From Ilumatobacter sp. (GTDB taxonomy: Bacteria; Actinomycetota; Acidimicrobiia; Acidimicrobiales; Ilumatobacteraceae), in contig JBNMOS010000001.1 of assembly GCA_051275435.1 (NCBI GenBank), positions 8,567 to 72,566 on the forward strand: 64,000 nucleotides of DNA. The letters are read 5' to 3'. Below are positions 9,837 through 18,468 of this stretch, piece after piece. How positions within the stretch are numbered: position 1 is the stretch's first letter; each line of letters opens with the position of its first letter. Below the pieces are notes generated by a model, which searched no databases, was not told the DNA's origin, and saw nothing but the letters and a program-made list of their open reading frames with translations. Position numbers and translations under genes: made by a program.

Positions 9837-11075
9837 GTGGTGCTTCGAGTCGCAGTGATCTCCCTGCACACCTCACCGTTGCTCCAACCGGGCTCTGGTG
9901 ACAGTGGCGGGATGAACGTCTACGTACGCGAACTCGTGTCGTCGCTCAGCCAGATTGGTATCGAGTGCACCACATTCACCCGCGCCGACCGCGAGGGTTT
10001 GCCGGCCGAGGTCCTCGTCGAGCCGGGTCACCGGGTGGTGCACATCGAGGCCGGGCCGCATCACCTTCCAAAAGAGGCGCTTCCGGAGATCTCCGATCAG
10101 TTCTGCCACGGCGTGATGGAGTGGATCGAGGCCAACGAGAAGCCCGACATCATCCATGGGAACTACTGGCTCAGCGGCGTTGTTGGTCACCACCTCAAAC
10201 ACGAGCTCGATGTCCCGTTCGTGTCGACATTCCACACTCTGGCGCGGGTCAAAGCCGAAGGTGGCGATCCTGAACCCAGGTGGCGCGACCGGGCCGAGGC
10301 CGAGATCATCCAGTGTTCCGATGCGATCTGCGTCAGCTGTGTCGAAGAAGAAGAACAGTTCAGGCGTCTCTACGGTGATCCGCACGGCCGGATCGAGATC
10401 ATTGCGCCGGGTGTCGAGCACGCTTTTTTTGCACCAGGCGACCAAGCCGGTGCGCGACGCGCCATCAACGTTGACCCGGACGTTCCGTTCATCCTGTTCG
10501 TCGGCCGCATCCAACCATTGAAGGGGCCAGACGTCGCCATTCGTGCACTCGCCGCACTCGGCCGACCTGATGCACAGCTGGCCATCGTCGGCGGTTCGAG
10601 CGGTCGTAATGGCGATGTTCAAGCATCCGAGGCGCATGCACTGGTCGACGAACTCGGCCTGCATGACCAGGTGCATTTCATCGAACCGAAGCCGCACCAC
10701 ATCCTCTCTACTTGGTACCGGGCGGCTGACATCGTGCTGGTGCCGAGCCGAAGTGAGAGCTTCGGACTTGTTGCGCTCGAGGCTGCGGCGTGCGGAGTGC
10801 CGGTGGTCGCCAGCGCGGTCGGTGGGCTACTCAGCCTTGTCGACGACGGGGAAACTGGATTTCTGATCGAAGGCCGCAAACCGGCCGACTATGCCGATGC
10901 GATGCGCACGATTCTCAACGACTCCGAGCTTGCAGCGTCGATGGGCAAGGCCGCCGTTGAACGGGCCAAGGCCTATACCTGGCGTGCCGCAGCGGAGCGG
11001 CTCCGTGACCTCTATGCCGAACTGGGCGTCGAATCGCTCGTCACCTGCCACGACGTTGGTGAGGAGTCGACATGA
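9837..11075 (+). CDS. mshA: D-inositol-3-phosphate glycosyltransferase (mycothiol synthesis)
   Basis: SLHTSPLLQPGSGDSGGMNVY, FVGRIQPLKG, ESFGLVALEA. Confidence 0.88.
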   Translation: MVLRVAVISLHTSPLLQPGSGDSGGMNVYVRELVSSLSQIGIECTTFTRADREGLPAEVLVEPGHRVVHIEAGPHHLPKEALPEISDQFCHGVMEWIEANEKPDIIHGNYWLSGVVGHHLKHELDVPFVSTFHTLARVKAEGGDPEPRWRDRAEAEIIQCSDAICVSCVEEEEQFRRLYGDPHGRIEIIAPGVEHAFFAPGDQAGARRAINVDPDVPFILFVGRIQPLKGPDVAIRALAALGRPDAQLAIVGGSSGRNGDVQASEAHALVDELGLHDQVHFIEPKPHHILSTWYRAADIVLVPSRSESFGLVALEAAACGVPVVASAVGGLLSLVDDGETGFLIEGRKPADYADAMRTILNDSELAASMGKAAVERAKAYTWRAAAERLRDLYAELGVESLVTCHDVGEEST

Positions 11076-11545
11076 CCGAACCGATGAACGCCCGCGAACT
11101 GGCGGTGCTGCAACGCCAGATCGATGAATGGTTGGGCGAGCTCGATGCTGGCCACGACCACATCGCCGCCGTCGAACGCGTTGCCGAAGTCAGCTCCGAA
11201 TCCGGTGTTCGATGGCTCGTTCGCATGCGCGGCGAGGAGAAGGATTTCACCACCGTGTGGCTCACGCTCGGCCAGCGCACGCTGAAGTACGAGACCTACG
11301 TCATGGCCGCGCCCGAGGAGAACCACGCCGATTTGTACGAGCACGTGCTCCGCCGGAACGATCGGCTTGTCGGCGCCCGCTTTTCGATCGGCGCCGAAGA
11401 CGGAATCTTTCTGCGTGGAGAACTCCCAGCGAGTCAGGTCGATCTCGATGCGATCGACCAGGCACTCGGCGTGCTGTACGCCAACGTCGAGCAGTGCTTC
11501 AAGGGGCTACTCCGCATCGGTTTCGCGTCCCATTTCTCCGGTTAA
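11072..11545 (+). CDS. YbjN-domain protein (Rv0487-like)
   Basis: GEEKDFTTVWL..APEEN..LRRN motif; usual position after mshA. Confidence 0.75.
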   Translation: MTEPMNARELAVLQRQIDEWLGELDAGHDHIAAVERVAEVSSESGVRWLVRMRGEEKDFTTVWLTLGQRTLKYETYVMAAPEENHADLYEHVLRRNDRLVGARFSIGAEDGIFLRGELPASQVDLDAIDQALGVLYANVEQCFKGLLRIGFASHFSG

Positions 11546-11755
11546 TCCAGCGCTGCCCGGCGAGCCATCGCGCTGGTCGATTGCTGGAATCGCGCACACA
11601 AAACTTGGGCGACCGGGTTCCGCTCGCGCTGGTTGCCTGCCCACTGTGTTTGTGTCCGGGCGGGTGCGCATCGGGGGAGTCGGTCCCTTGCACTCGCCCG
11701 GGCGGATCCCGCCGCTCGAACGGCAGGAGTCGGACGGCCAGTTACCGTTGCGGTG

Positions 11756-12562
11756 ATGAGTGCGACGACCGGCAGCGACATGATCGACCTGGTAATGATC
11801 GGCGGCGGCAACATGGGTGCGGCGCTGCTCGGCGGGATGATCAAGTCCGGGGCCTTCGCTGCGGAGCAGCTTGCCGTTGTCGAACTGCGTGCCGAGCGAC
11901 GCACCGAACTCGCCGAGATGTTCCCCGGCATGACCGTCACTGAGTCGATTCCGCCATGCCGTTCAGCAGTGCTCGCAGTCAAGCCGCAGGGGGTGGCCGG
12001 CGCAGCGACAGCAGCAGCGGAGGCGGGAGCGACGCGGATTCTCTCGATCGCCGCTGGTGTCGGCATCGCCACCATCGAAGCGGCCGCCGGCCCGAATGTC
12101 GCTGTCGTGCGATGCATGCCGAACACGCCAGCGCTCGTTGGCAAGGGAACATCGGCGATCGCCGGTGGGACCACAACCGACGACGACGATCTGGCCTGGG
12201 CAGAGTCGATCCTCGGTGCCGTCGGCATCGTCGACCGTATGCCCGAACCTCAGCTCGACGCGTTCACCGGCGTCGCCGGATCGGGCCCCGCCTACATCTT
12301 CCTCGTGGCTGAGTCGTTGATCGAAGCGGCCGTCGCCGAAGGCTTTGACCCCGACATCGCCGAGCGCATTGTCAGTCAGTTGCTGCTTGGCGCATCGACA
12401 CTGCTCGCCCAGCACGGCGACCCGGCAACGCTGCGCAAGAACGTCACGTCACCAAACGGCACGACCGCAGCCGGCCTTGCGGTGCTCGAAGCGCGCGGCC
12501 TCCGCTCGGTCTTCGCCAGCGCAGTGGCCGCAGCAACCGAACGCAGCCGCGAACTCGGCTGA
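11756..12562 (+). CDS. proC: Pyrroline-5-carboxylate reductase
   Basis: IGGGNMG, LAVKPQ, RCMPNTP, GSGPAY, VTSPNGTT; start ATG 11756 inferred. Confidence 0.93.
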   Translation: MSATTGSDMIDLVMIGGGNMGAALLGGMIKSGAFAAEQLAVVELRAERRTELAEMFPGMTVTESIPPCRSAVLAVKPQGVAGAATAAAEAGATRILSIAAGVGIATIEAAAGPNVAVVRCMPNTPALVGKGTSAIAGGTTTDDDDLAWAESILGAVGIVDRMPEPQLDAFTGVAGSGPAYIFLVAESLIEAAVAEGFDPDIAERIVSQLLLGASTLLAQHGDPATLRKNVTSPNGTTAAGLAVLEARGLRSVFASAVAAATERSRELG

Positions 12563-12658
12563 CAGATCTGTGTGTTGTGCGGCTCGTTCTCGTCACGCTG
12601 CCGTGTGTAACTCATTGCGCGTGGTCAAAGACCTCTGGCCACCGTGTCGGCGGGGCGG

Positions 12659-12748
12659 AAAACGAACAGAGCCGATGCCAACCCCCCAGGTGGCACCGGC
12701 TCCGTCACGTGCCGTTCGCCGAACAAGTCGGGCGAACGCATCTTTGTT
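12659..12748 (-). ncRNA. Candidate ~90-nt small RNA
   Basis: TTGTCA-18nt-TAGTCT promoter upstream; internal hairpin; terminal 12-bp hairpin followed by TGTTCGTTTT; lies in a 330-bp gap between convergent genes. Confidence 0.55.
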
Positions 12749-12753
12749 TCGAC

Positions 12754-12783
12754 AGACTAAGTCATTGGCCGAGCATGTGACAA
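12754..12783 (-). promoter_or_regulatory. Sigma-A-type promoter (-35 TTGTCA, -10 TAGTCT)
   Basis: Near-consensus hexamers with an 18-nt spacer on the minus strand. Confidence 0.6.
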
Positions 12784-12890
12784 GGGCCACTTTGTGAAAC
12801 CGCGCTACCGGCGCACGAGGTGCGGCCATTTCGGTTCAACGACACAAGACGGACCAACGAATGGAATCCGACGAGGTGAAGTCGTCGGGC

Positions 12891-13787
12891 TCAACTCGGC
12901 CGGATGCTGACCTGTTGCGTGACGGGGCCGCTACCCCGACCGTCACCAGCGTCGGAACTCTCGGTGAGCGTCACCTGGTCGCCGACGTCGAGGCCAAGTT
13001 CTTCTGCAGCTGATCGCTGATCCATGGCAATAGCGAGCATGCCGCTTGAGTCGTGGACGAGGCCGACAGCGCCCCCAGCGAGTTCGGCGAACGAGGTGGC
13101 GCGAACGCAGTTACGGGTCGTGCCGCCGGTCGGATCGGTGGGAGCGCTGAAGCGCACGTCGATCCGATCGCCGAACGACGCAGGAATGTCGTCGGGCCCG
13201 ACGTTGAGTTGGGCGTTGCCGAAACGGTCGACCCAGAGAACCTGGGCGATGACCTTGGTCTCGTCCGACTGGGGAAGTGGGATCACGCCGGGGAGCAGCA
13301 GATCGGTATCGACCGGATCACCGAGTTCGAAGAGGTCGACACCGTTACAGAGGTGCGCCGCTGCTGGTGCGAACACATCGCGGCCAGCGAACGTGGCGCC
13401 GATTGCATGGAGTTGATAGTCGGCGTTGTTGAGCTGCACCGCTCGGCCCGCTCCGCCTGCCATCGACACGGCGGGTGCGAGCAGTCCGTTGTCAGGGCCG
13501 ATCAGCACGCCTTCACCGTCAGCAACCTCGATGGCCAGCGCCTTGCGTGACGTGGCGACACCAGGGTCGACGACGGCGAGCACCACACCCGATGCCACGT
13601 AACTAATCGAACGGGCAAGCGCGAGCGAACCGGCGCGTACGTCGAAGGGGGCGACGCCGTGGGTGATGTCGATCACGACAGCGTGCGGCGAAATCTCACG
13701 GATCACCGACTTGCAGACGCCGACGAACTCGTCCTGCGTGCCGTAATCGGTGAGGAAGGAAACGGTGTCGTACCTGCGGCCCATCAC
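12891..13787 (-). CDS. SAM-dependent chlorinase/fluorinase family (SAM hydroxide adenosyltransferase, DUF62)
   Basis: FLTDYG..D, DITH, VVDPGV, GPDNGL, TFAGRDVFAP, VDRFGN. Confidence 0.9.
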   Translation of the reverse strand: MMGRRYDTVSFLTDYGTQDEFVGVCKSVIREISPHAVVIDITHGVAPFDVRAGSLALARSISYVASGVVLAVVDPGVATSRKALAIEVADGEGVLIGPDNGLLAPAVSMAGGAGRAVQLNNADYQLHAIGATFAGRDVFAPAAAHLCNGVDLFELGDPVDTDLLLPGVIPLPQSDETKVIAQVLWVDRFGNAQLNVGPDDIPASFGDRIDVRFSAPTDPTGGTTRNCVRATSFAELAGGAVGLVHDSSGMLAIAMDQRSAAEELGLDVGDQVTLTESSDAGDGRGSGPVTQQVSIRPS

Positions 13788-13955
13788 CGCCGACGCTATC
13801 CACGGCCTGCGCTATCCACGGCCTGGACTGCCGGGTTCGCTGCTGATTTGGGCGGGTATTGCGGGCGCTCGGATGAGCGAACCCTGTGACACCTGTGCCG
13901 AAACACGCGGCGCCACGGTTGGTCACATTCTGCGCGCGACCGTACGATGGAGGCA

Positions 13956-14903
13956 ATGTCCGTCGGCTCCCGTCCCCTTGTTCCGTCGCGGCTTGCGCCC
14001 GGCGGTGTGGCACACGGCAACCGTCGTGTCCCGACCACCGTCCTCGGTGCCTACATTGCACTCACCAAACCGCGCATCATCGAACTGCTGTTGATCACCA
14101 CGGTGCCGACGATGATCCTGGCCGAACGAGGCTGGCCCTCGACCTGGCTCGTCATCGTCACGCTGATCGGCGGGACGCTGTCGGCCGGCAGTGCAAACGC
14201 CGTCAACATGTACGTCGATCGCGACATTGATGCGCTGATGAAGCGCACGCAGGCCCGCCCGCTTGTCACGGGTGTAATTGAGCCGCGCAGTGCCCTGATT
14301 TTTGCCCTGAGCCTGCAAGTGTTTGCTTTCGGAGTGCTCTGGGCTGGAGCCAACCTCTTGTCGGCAGTCCTCGCGTTCGCCGCTGCCGCCTTCTACATCG
14401 GGGTGTACACCATCTGGTTGAAGCGCACGAGCAGGCAGAACATCGTGATCGGCGGCGCGGCAGGTGCCGTTCCGGTCTTGGTTGGCTGGTCGGCGGTGCA
14501 AAACAACGTCACCTGGACGCCGGTCGTGCTTTTCATTGTGATGTTCCTCTGGACGCCACCTCATTTCTGGGCACTGGCTGTCAAGTACGCCGACGACTAC
14601 CGCGCTGCCGACGTCCCGATGCTTCCCAGCGTGGTGTCGATGGCCGAAACGGTCAAGCAGATGACCTTGTACACCGTCGCTCTCTGCATCTCCACGCTGG
14701 TTCTGATCCCGGTAGCTGATCTCGGCTGGATTTATGGGATCTCTGCCGTTGTCCTCGGCGCTGTGTTTCTTGGTGGCACTATTGCGTTGGGCAGGCACCC
14801 CACCGAGGCAGCGAGCATGCGGCTCTTTGGTTTCTCCATCACCTACGTCACGCTGCTCTTTGGCGCCATGTCACTCGATGTCTTCGTGGAGTACGGGTTC
14901 TAA
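13956..14903 (+). CDS. ctaB: Protoheme IX farnesyltransferase (heme O synthase)
   Basis: LTKPRII, DRDIDALMKRTQARPL, FLWTPPHFWAL, DDYRAADVPMLP. Confidence 0.95.
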   Translation: MSVGSRPLVPSRLAPGGVAHGNRRVPTTVLGAYIALTKPRIIELLLITTVPTMILAERGWPSTWLVIVTLIGGTLSAGSANAVNMYVDRDIDALMKRTQARPLVTGVIEPRSALIFALSLQVFAFGVLWAGANLLSAVLAFAAAAFYIGVYTIWLKRTSRQNIVIGGAAGAVPVLVGWSAVQNNVTWTPVVLFIVMFLWTPPHFWALAVKYADDYRAADVPMLPSVVSMAETVKQMTLYTVALCISTLVLIPVADLGWIYGISAVVLGAVFLGGTIALGRHPTEAASMRLFGFSITYVTLLFGAMSLDVFVEYGF

Positions 14904-15060
14904 CCCGTTTGTCTTGTGAACTTGTTCTCTGGCGCCCGGGACGAATCTTGGTTTGATTTCAGAAGAAATGCCCCCGTGCAAGTAGTCTCGGGCCGTTGTG
15001 TCCAACGACTTGACAGTCGAAATCTGATCCGTTGAACGAATTAAGTGAGCTCCACTTCGT

Positions 15061-16701
15061 ATGACAACCATTGATCCCACCGCCGAAGTCATTGCTTCAA
15101 GTGTCGAAGCGGGAAACAGCGCGCTTGATCGCCTGCTCACCGCCGTCGCCGATTGGCTGACATCAACCGACCACAAGAAAATCGGCAGGCTGTTCCTTGG
15201 TGGAGGCCTGCTGGGCCTTCTGGGAACGGTCGCTATCAACGTGATTCTCGGAATCGAGCGGAGCGGTATCGGCAACATCGATGACGGTGCCATCGCCCAG
15301 ATCCTTGATGCGCAGCGTGTGGGGCTCGTGTTCGGCACGCTGTTGCCGCTTGCGATCGGCCTCTGTATCGCTGTCGTCCCGATGCAGCTCGGCGCCCGCT
15401 CCATTGCGTTCCCACGCCTGGCCGCGACCGGTTTCTGGATGTGGGCTGGCGGCCTGATTTTCTCGATGATCGCTCTCGTGAACAACGGCGGCGGCCTCGG
15501 TGGCGACCCCGACATGGTTGACCTCTTTCTCGGTGCGCACGGGCTGATGGCTATCGGCCTCGCCGCAACGGGCGTCTCGATCGCCACCAGCGTGCTCACT
15601 ACGCGGGCACCGGGCATGACATTGCGCCGCGTCCCGTTCTTCGCAATGTCGGCCCTCGTTATGGGTCTCGGACTCGTCATCGTGATGCCGGTCCTGCTCG
15701 GCACGTTGACCTACCTCTTCGTCGATCACCGCAACGGCCGCGAAGCCTTCGGTGGCAACGTGGGCCTGTACCAGTGGGCCGGCTGGATCTTCTCGCCGGG
15801 CGCAGCGGTGTTGTTCGCTATCCCAGTCGCCGGTCTACTCGCCGAAGGTGCACCGCTGCTCTTCAAGCAGCGCACGCCAGCACGCGGCATCGTGTTTGCC
15901 GGCTTCGCTCTGATGGGCGTCGCTGCCCTCGGCTCAGTCACCCAGGTCGCCGTGCACAACGTTCCGTGGGCGGGCAGCGATCTCTACCTTGGTGGAGGCG
16001 ACGACGTTCGCGAAAAGCTCTACGACGTCGTCCCGTGGGCGATGTTCAACTTGCTCCCGCTACTCGGTCTCACGATCGTGTTGCTGATGACCTTCTTCCT
16101 CGCCAAGCCGGTCAAGGGTGCCAGGCCCAACGTCACGCCGGCATTGGCCTTCGGCTTTCTCGGGCTTGGCATGGTTATGGTCGGCATGATCGGTACCGCG
16201 CTGTTTGCCATCGAAGACCTCGGCCTGCAAGGCACGGTCTTTGACGAAGGCGCCTTGATCTACGTGGTCTACGGCACCGTCCTTGCTGTGCTCGGCGGCA
16301 TGGCCCATTGGGCGCCGAAACTCTGGGGCGTCAATCTTCAGGCTGCCAAGGTGCTTCCGCTCGCCGTCCTCGGTCTGCTCGCAACGGTGCTCGCATCGCT
16401 GCCCAGCTACGTTGCCGGCTTCGACGAGCCGCGTGACATCTACGCCATTCTTGTCCTCGTCGGGCACGTGCTCATGGCGCTGACCGTGCTGGGCTTCATC
16501 GGCCTCCTCGTCACCTCGATGATGAGCTCGGACGGCAACGCCGAAGCCGATCCGTACGACGGACAAACGCTCGAGTGGGCCACGGCCTCTCCGGCGCCTG
16601 CCAATAACTTCGCCGAGACACCAACGGTGATGTCGGCTGAACCACTGGCCGATAGCAAGTCGAACTACGGCCACACCGAATCCGAGAAGGGCGAAAGCTG
16701 A
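15061..16701 (+). CDS. Cytochrome c oxidase subunit I paralogue lacking all heme/Cu ligands (pseudo-oxidase)
   Basis: Colinear with CtaD (TDHKKIG, LGARSIAFPRL, RAPGM, WAPKLWG, DPYDGQTLEWATASP) but HPEVY, HH and HxH are absent. Confidence 0.85.
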   Translation: MTTIDPTAEVIASSVEAGNSALDRLLTAVADWLTSTDHKKIGRLFLGGGLLGLLGTVAINVILGIERSGIGNIDDGAIAQILDAQRVGLVFGTLLPLAIGLCIAVVPMQLGARSIAFPRLAATGFWMWAGGLIFSMIALVNNGGGLGGDPDMVDLFLGAHGLMAIGLAATGVSIATSVLTTRAPGMTLRRVPFFAMSALVMGLGLVIVMPVLLGTLTYLFVDHRNGREAFGGNVGLYQWAGWIFSPGAAVLFAIPVAGLLAEGAPLLFKQRTPARGIVFAGFALMGVAALGSVTQVAVHNVPWAGSDLYLGGGDDVREKLYDVVPWAMFNLLPLLGLTIVLLMTFFLAKPVKGARPNVTPALAFGFLGLGMVMVGMIGTALFAIEDLGLQGTVFDEGALIYVVYGTVLAVLGGMAHWAPKLWGVNLQAAKVLPLAVLGLLATVLASLPSYVAGFDEPRDIYAILVLVGHVLMALTVLGFIGLLVTSMMSSDGNAEADPYDGQTLEWATASPAPANNFAETPTVMSAEPLADSKSNYGHTESEKGES

Positions 16702-17276
16702 TGCAAGCTCTCACTGCCGGCCCAGTTGCCGCACCGCGCCGCCAGATCATCGTCGGCACCACGCTCGGCGTGGTCGCTATGTCGATGATGGTCGGCGGGA
16801 TGCTCGCCGTCTGGTCCGAACAGCGCACCAATTTCGTCGAGCGAGACGGCAATTGGCTTCCCAGCGGTGTCGTCATCCCTGAAGTCGCTGCCAACGTCGC
16901 CCTGATTGCGTTCATCGCCATCTGCACCTTTGCTCAGTGGGCCGTGTGGGCTGCCAAGCGCAGCGACCGAGGTCACGGCGTCTTCGCTCTTGCTGCTACC
17001 GCCCTCGTGGCGATCATGGTGATCAACGCTCAGGCGTTCATCTATTCCGAGATGGGTGTCGGTGTCGGCGATGGTGCGTACGCCACCATGTTCTATGCGC
17101 TCACCGGTTTATTCATGGCGCTGATGCTCATCGGTGTCATCTTCTCCGTCGTCGCCGCATTCCGGTTCGCTGGGGGCCGCAGCGACAACGAGATCCTCGC
17201 CGCCCACGCCATCTACTGGTACGCCATGTCCATCATCTACACGGCCATCTGGTTCGTCGTCTACGTCACCAAGTGA
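16701..17276 (+). CDS. Divergent cytochrome c oxidase subunit III paralogue
   Basis: 5 TM; YATMFYALTG and AIYWY..WFVVYV align with CtaE FFTLTGFH and LYWHFVD..LVYL; His residues lost. Confidence 0.75.
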   Translation: MQALTAGPVAAPRRQIIVGTTLGVVAMSMMVGGMLAVWSEQRTNFVERDGNWLPSGVVIPEVAANVALIAFIAICTFAQWAVWAAKRSDRGHGVFALAATALVAIMVINAQAFIYSEMGVGVGDGAYATMFYALTGLFMALMLIGVIFSVVAAFRFAGGRSDNEILAAHAIYWYAMSIIYTAIWFVVYVTK

Positions 17277-17283
17277 GTTCTTG

Positions 17284-18468
17284 ATGTTCACTACTGGTTC
17301 CAAACTCCTCATCGGCTCCTCCGTCTTCGCGATGGTTGCTGCGGTCGTCTATGGCGTCACGCAGAACGAGGCCCTCGGCATCGTCGGCCTCGTGTCGGCG
17401 GCATGCGCGCTTGCCTTCCTGGCCGGCGTCAACGTCTGGGCTGCCGACTCCAACCTTTCTGCTGTGGACGCCACTGCGGTTGCCACGTCCGAAGCATCCG
17501 ACGACCCGCCCGGCGCCAGCATCTGGCCGATGGTCTTTGCCGTCGGTGCTGCCGCAGTGCTCCTGGGCCTCGTCACGCAACAGTCGATCTTCACGATCGG
17601 CCTCATCATCCTCCTCGCCGCAGGTGCGCAGTGGGCTGTGCAGGCTTGGGCCGAGAGTGCATCGACTGATTCGACCACCAATGCTGCCGTCCGTGGTCGT
17701 CTCGCGAACCCGCTCGAGTACCCGTTACTCGGAGCGGTCGCCGTCGGTAGCATCGCCTACGCCTTGAGCCGCATCATGTTGTGGCTCTCCAAAACCAACA
17801 CGATCATCGCCTTCGTCACGCTGGCAACGGTGCTTGCTTGCATTGGTTTCATCTTCGCCGCCCGCCCGTCGGTCAAGCGGGGTGCCATCGGTGGCGTCCT
17901 GACTCTTGGTGCCGTCGCAGTCGTCGCCGGCGGTGTCGCTGCCGGTATCGACGGAGAGCGTGACATCCACGTCTACGAGACCGTCGCTGCTGACGCTGCA
18001 TTGTTTTGCGATTCGCCCGACGAGTTCGAGATCGATGAGGGCGCCAGCCAGACCGTTTCCACCAAGGCCAGCACCTACACGATCTCGCTGACTGCAGCCG
18101 GCAGCCTCGTGTTCGATGTACCCGGCCCGGTCGACGAAGGTGCCGAAGCCATCTCTCTGCCTCGCTCGAACCCGAACAACATTGTGTTCCGCAACGACTC
18201 GGGCGAAGCACGTCGCCTCACGCTCGATTTCGGTCCCGCCCCGGTCGAAGAGGGCGCCGACGCCGCAGAAGAGGGCCACGGCGCAGACGAGGAACATGGC
18301 GAGAAAAGCGACCGCCACCTCACATGCACGTCGCTTGTCGAAGACGGTGGCGCTCAGCTGATCACCGTCAAGTTTGACGAGCCCAGCTTTGCCTACGCCG
18401 ACGACCCCGAAGCCTTCCGCTTCTACGTTCCCGGCACCGACGCCGAAATCGATGTGGTCGTGCCGTGA
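17284..18468 (+). CDS. Membrane protein: CtaF-like TM region plus C-terminal cupredoxin-like domain without Cu ligands
   Basis: About 7 TM including PPGASIWP; soluble beta-rich tail IVFRNDSGEARRLTL..FRFYVPG; start ATG 17284. Confidence 0.6.
   Translation: MFTTGSKLLIGSSVFAMVAAVVYGVTQNEALGIVGLVSAACALAFLAGVNVWAADSNLSAVDATAVATSEASDDPPGASIWPMVFAVGAAAVLLGLVTQQSIFTIGLIILLAAGAQWAVQAWAESASTDSTTNAAVRGRLANPLEYPLLGAVAVGSIAYALSRIMLWLSKTNTIIAFVTLATVLACIGFIFAARPSVKRGAIGGVLTLGAVAVVAGGVAAGIDGERDIHVYETVAADAALFCDSPDEFEIDEGASQTVSTKASTYTISLTAAGSLVFDVPGPVDEGAEAISLPRSNPNNIVFRNDSGEARRLTLDFGPAPVEEGADAAEEGHGADEEHGEKSDRHLTCTSLVEDGGAQLITVKFDEPSFAYADDPEAFRFYVPGTDAEIDVVVP

Noticed and set aside
12659-12748. 6C RNA
   Set aside because: Only one C6 loop is present, and the promoter, U tract and G-U pairing all point to the opposite strand
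12891-13787. True fluorinase/chlorinase
   Set aside because: The motifs fit the common DUF62 SAM hydrolase and there is no halometabolite cluster
14914-14931. Rex operator upstream of the oxidase cluster (TTGTGAActtgTTCTCTG)
   Set aside because: Only the left half-site matches well; too weak to call
15061-16701. Pseudogene, or functional cbb3/NOR-type subunit
   Set aside because: The ORF is intact with no stops or frameshifts, and all HCO/NOR families keep the His ligands that are missing here
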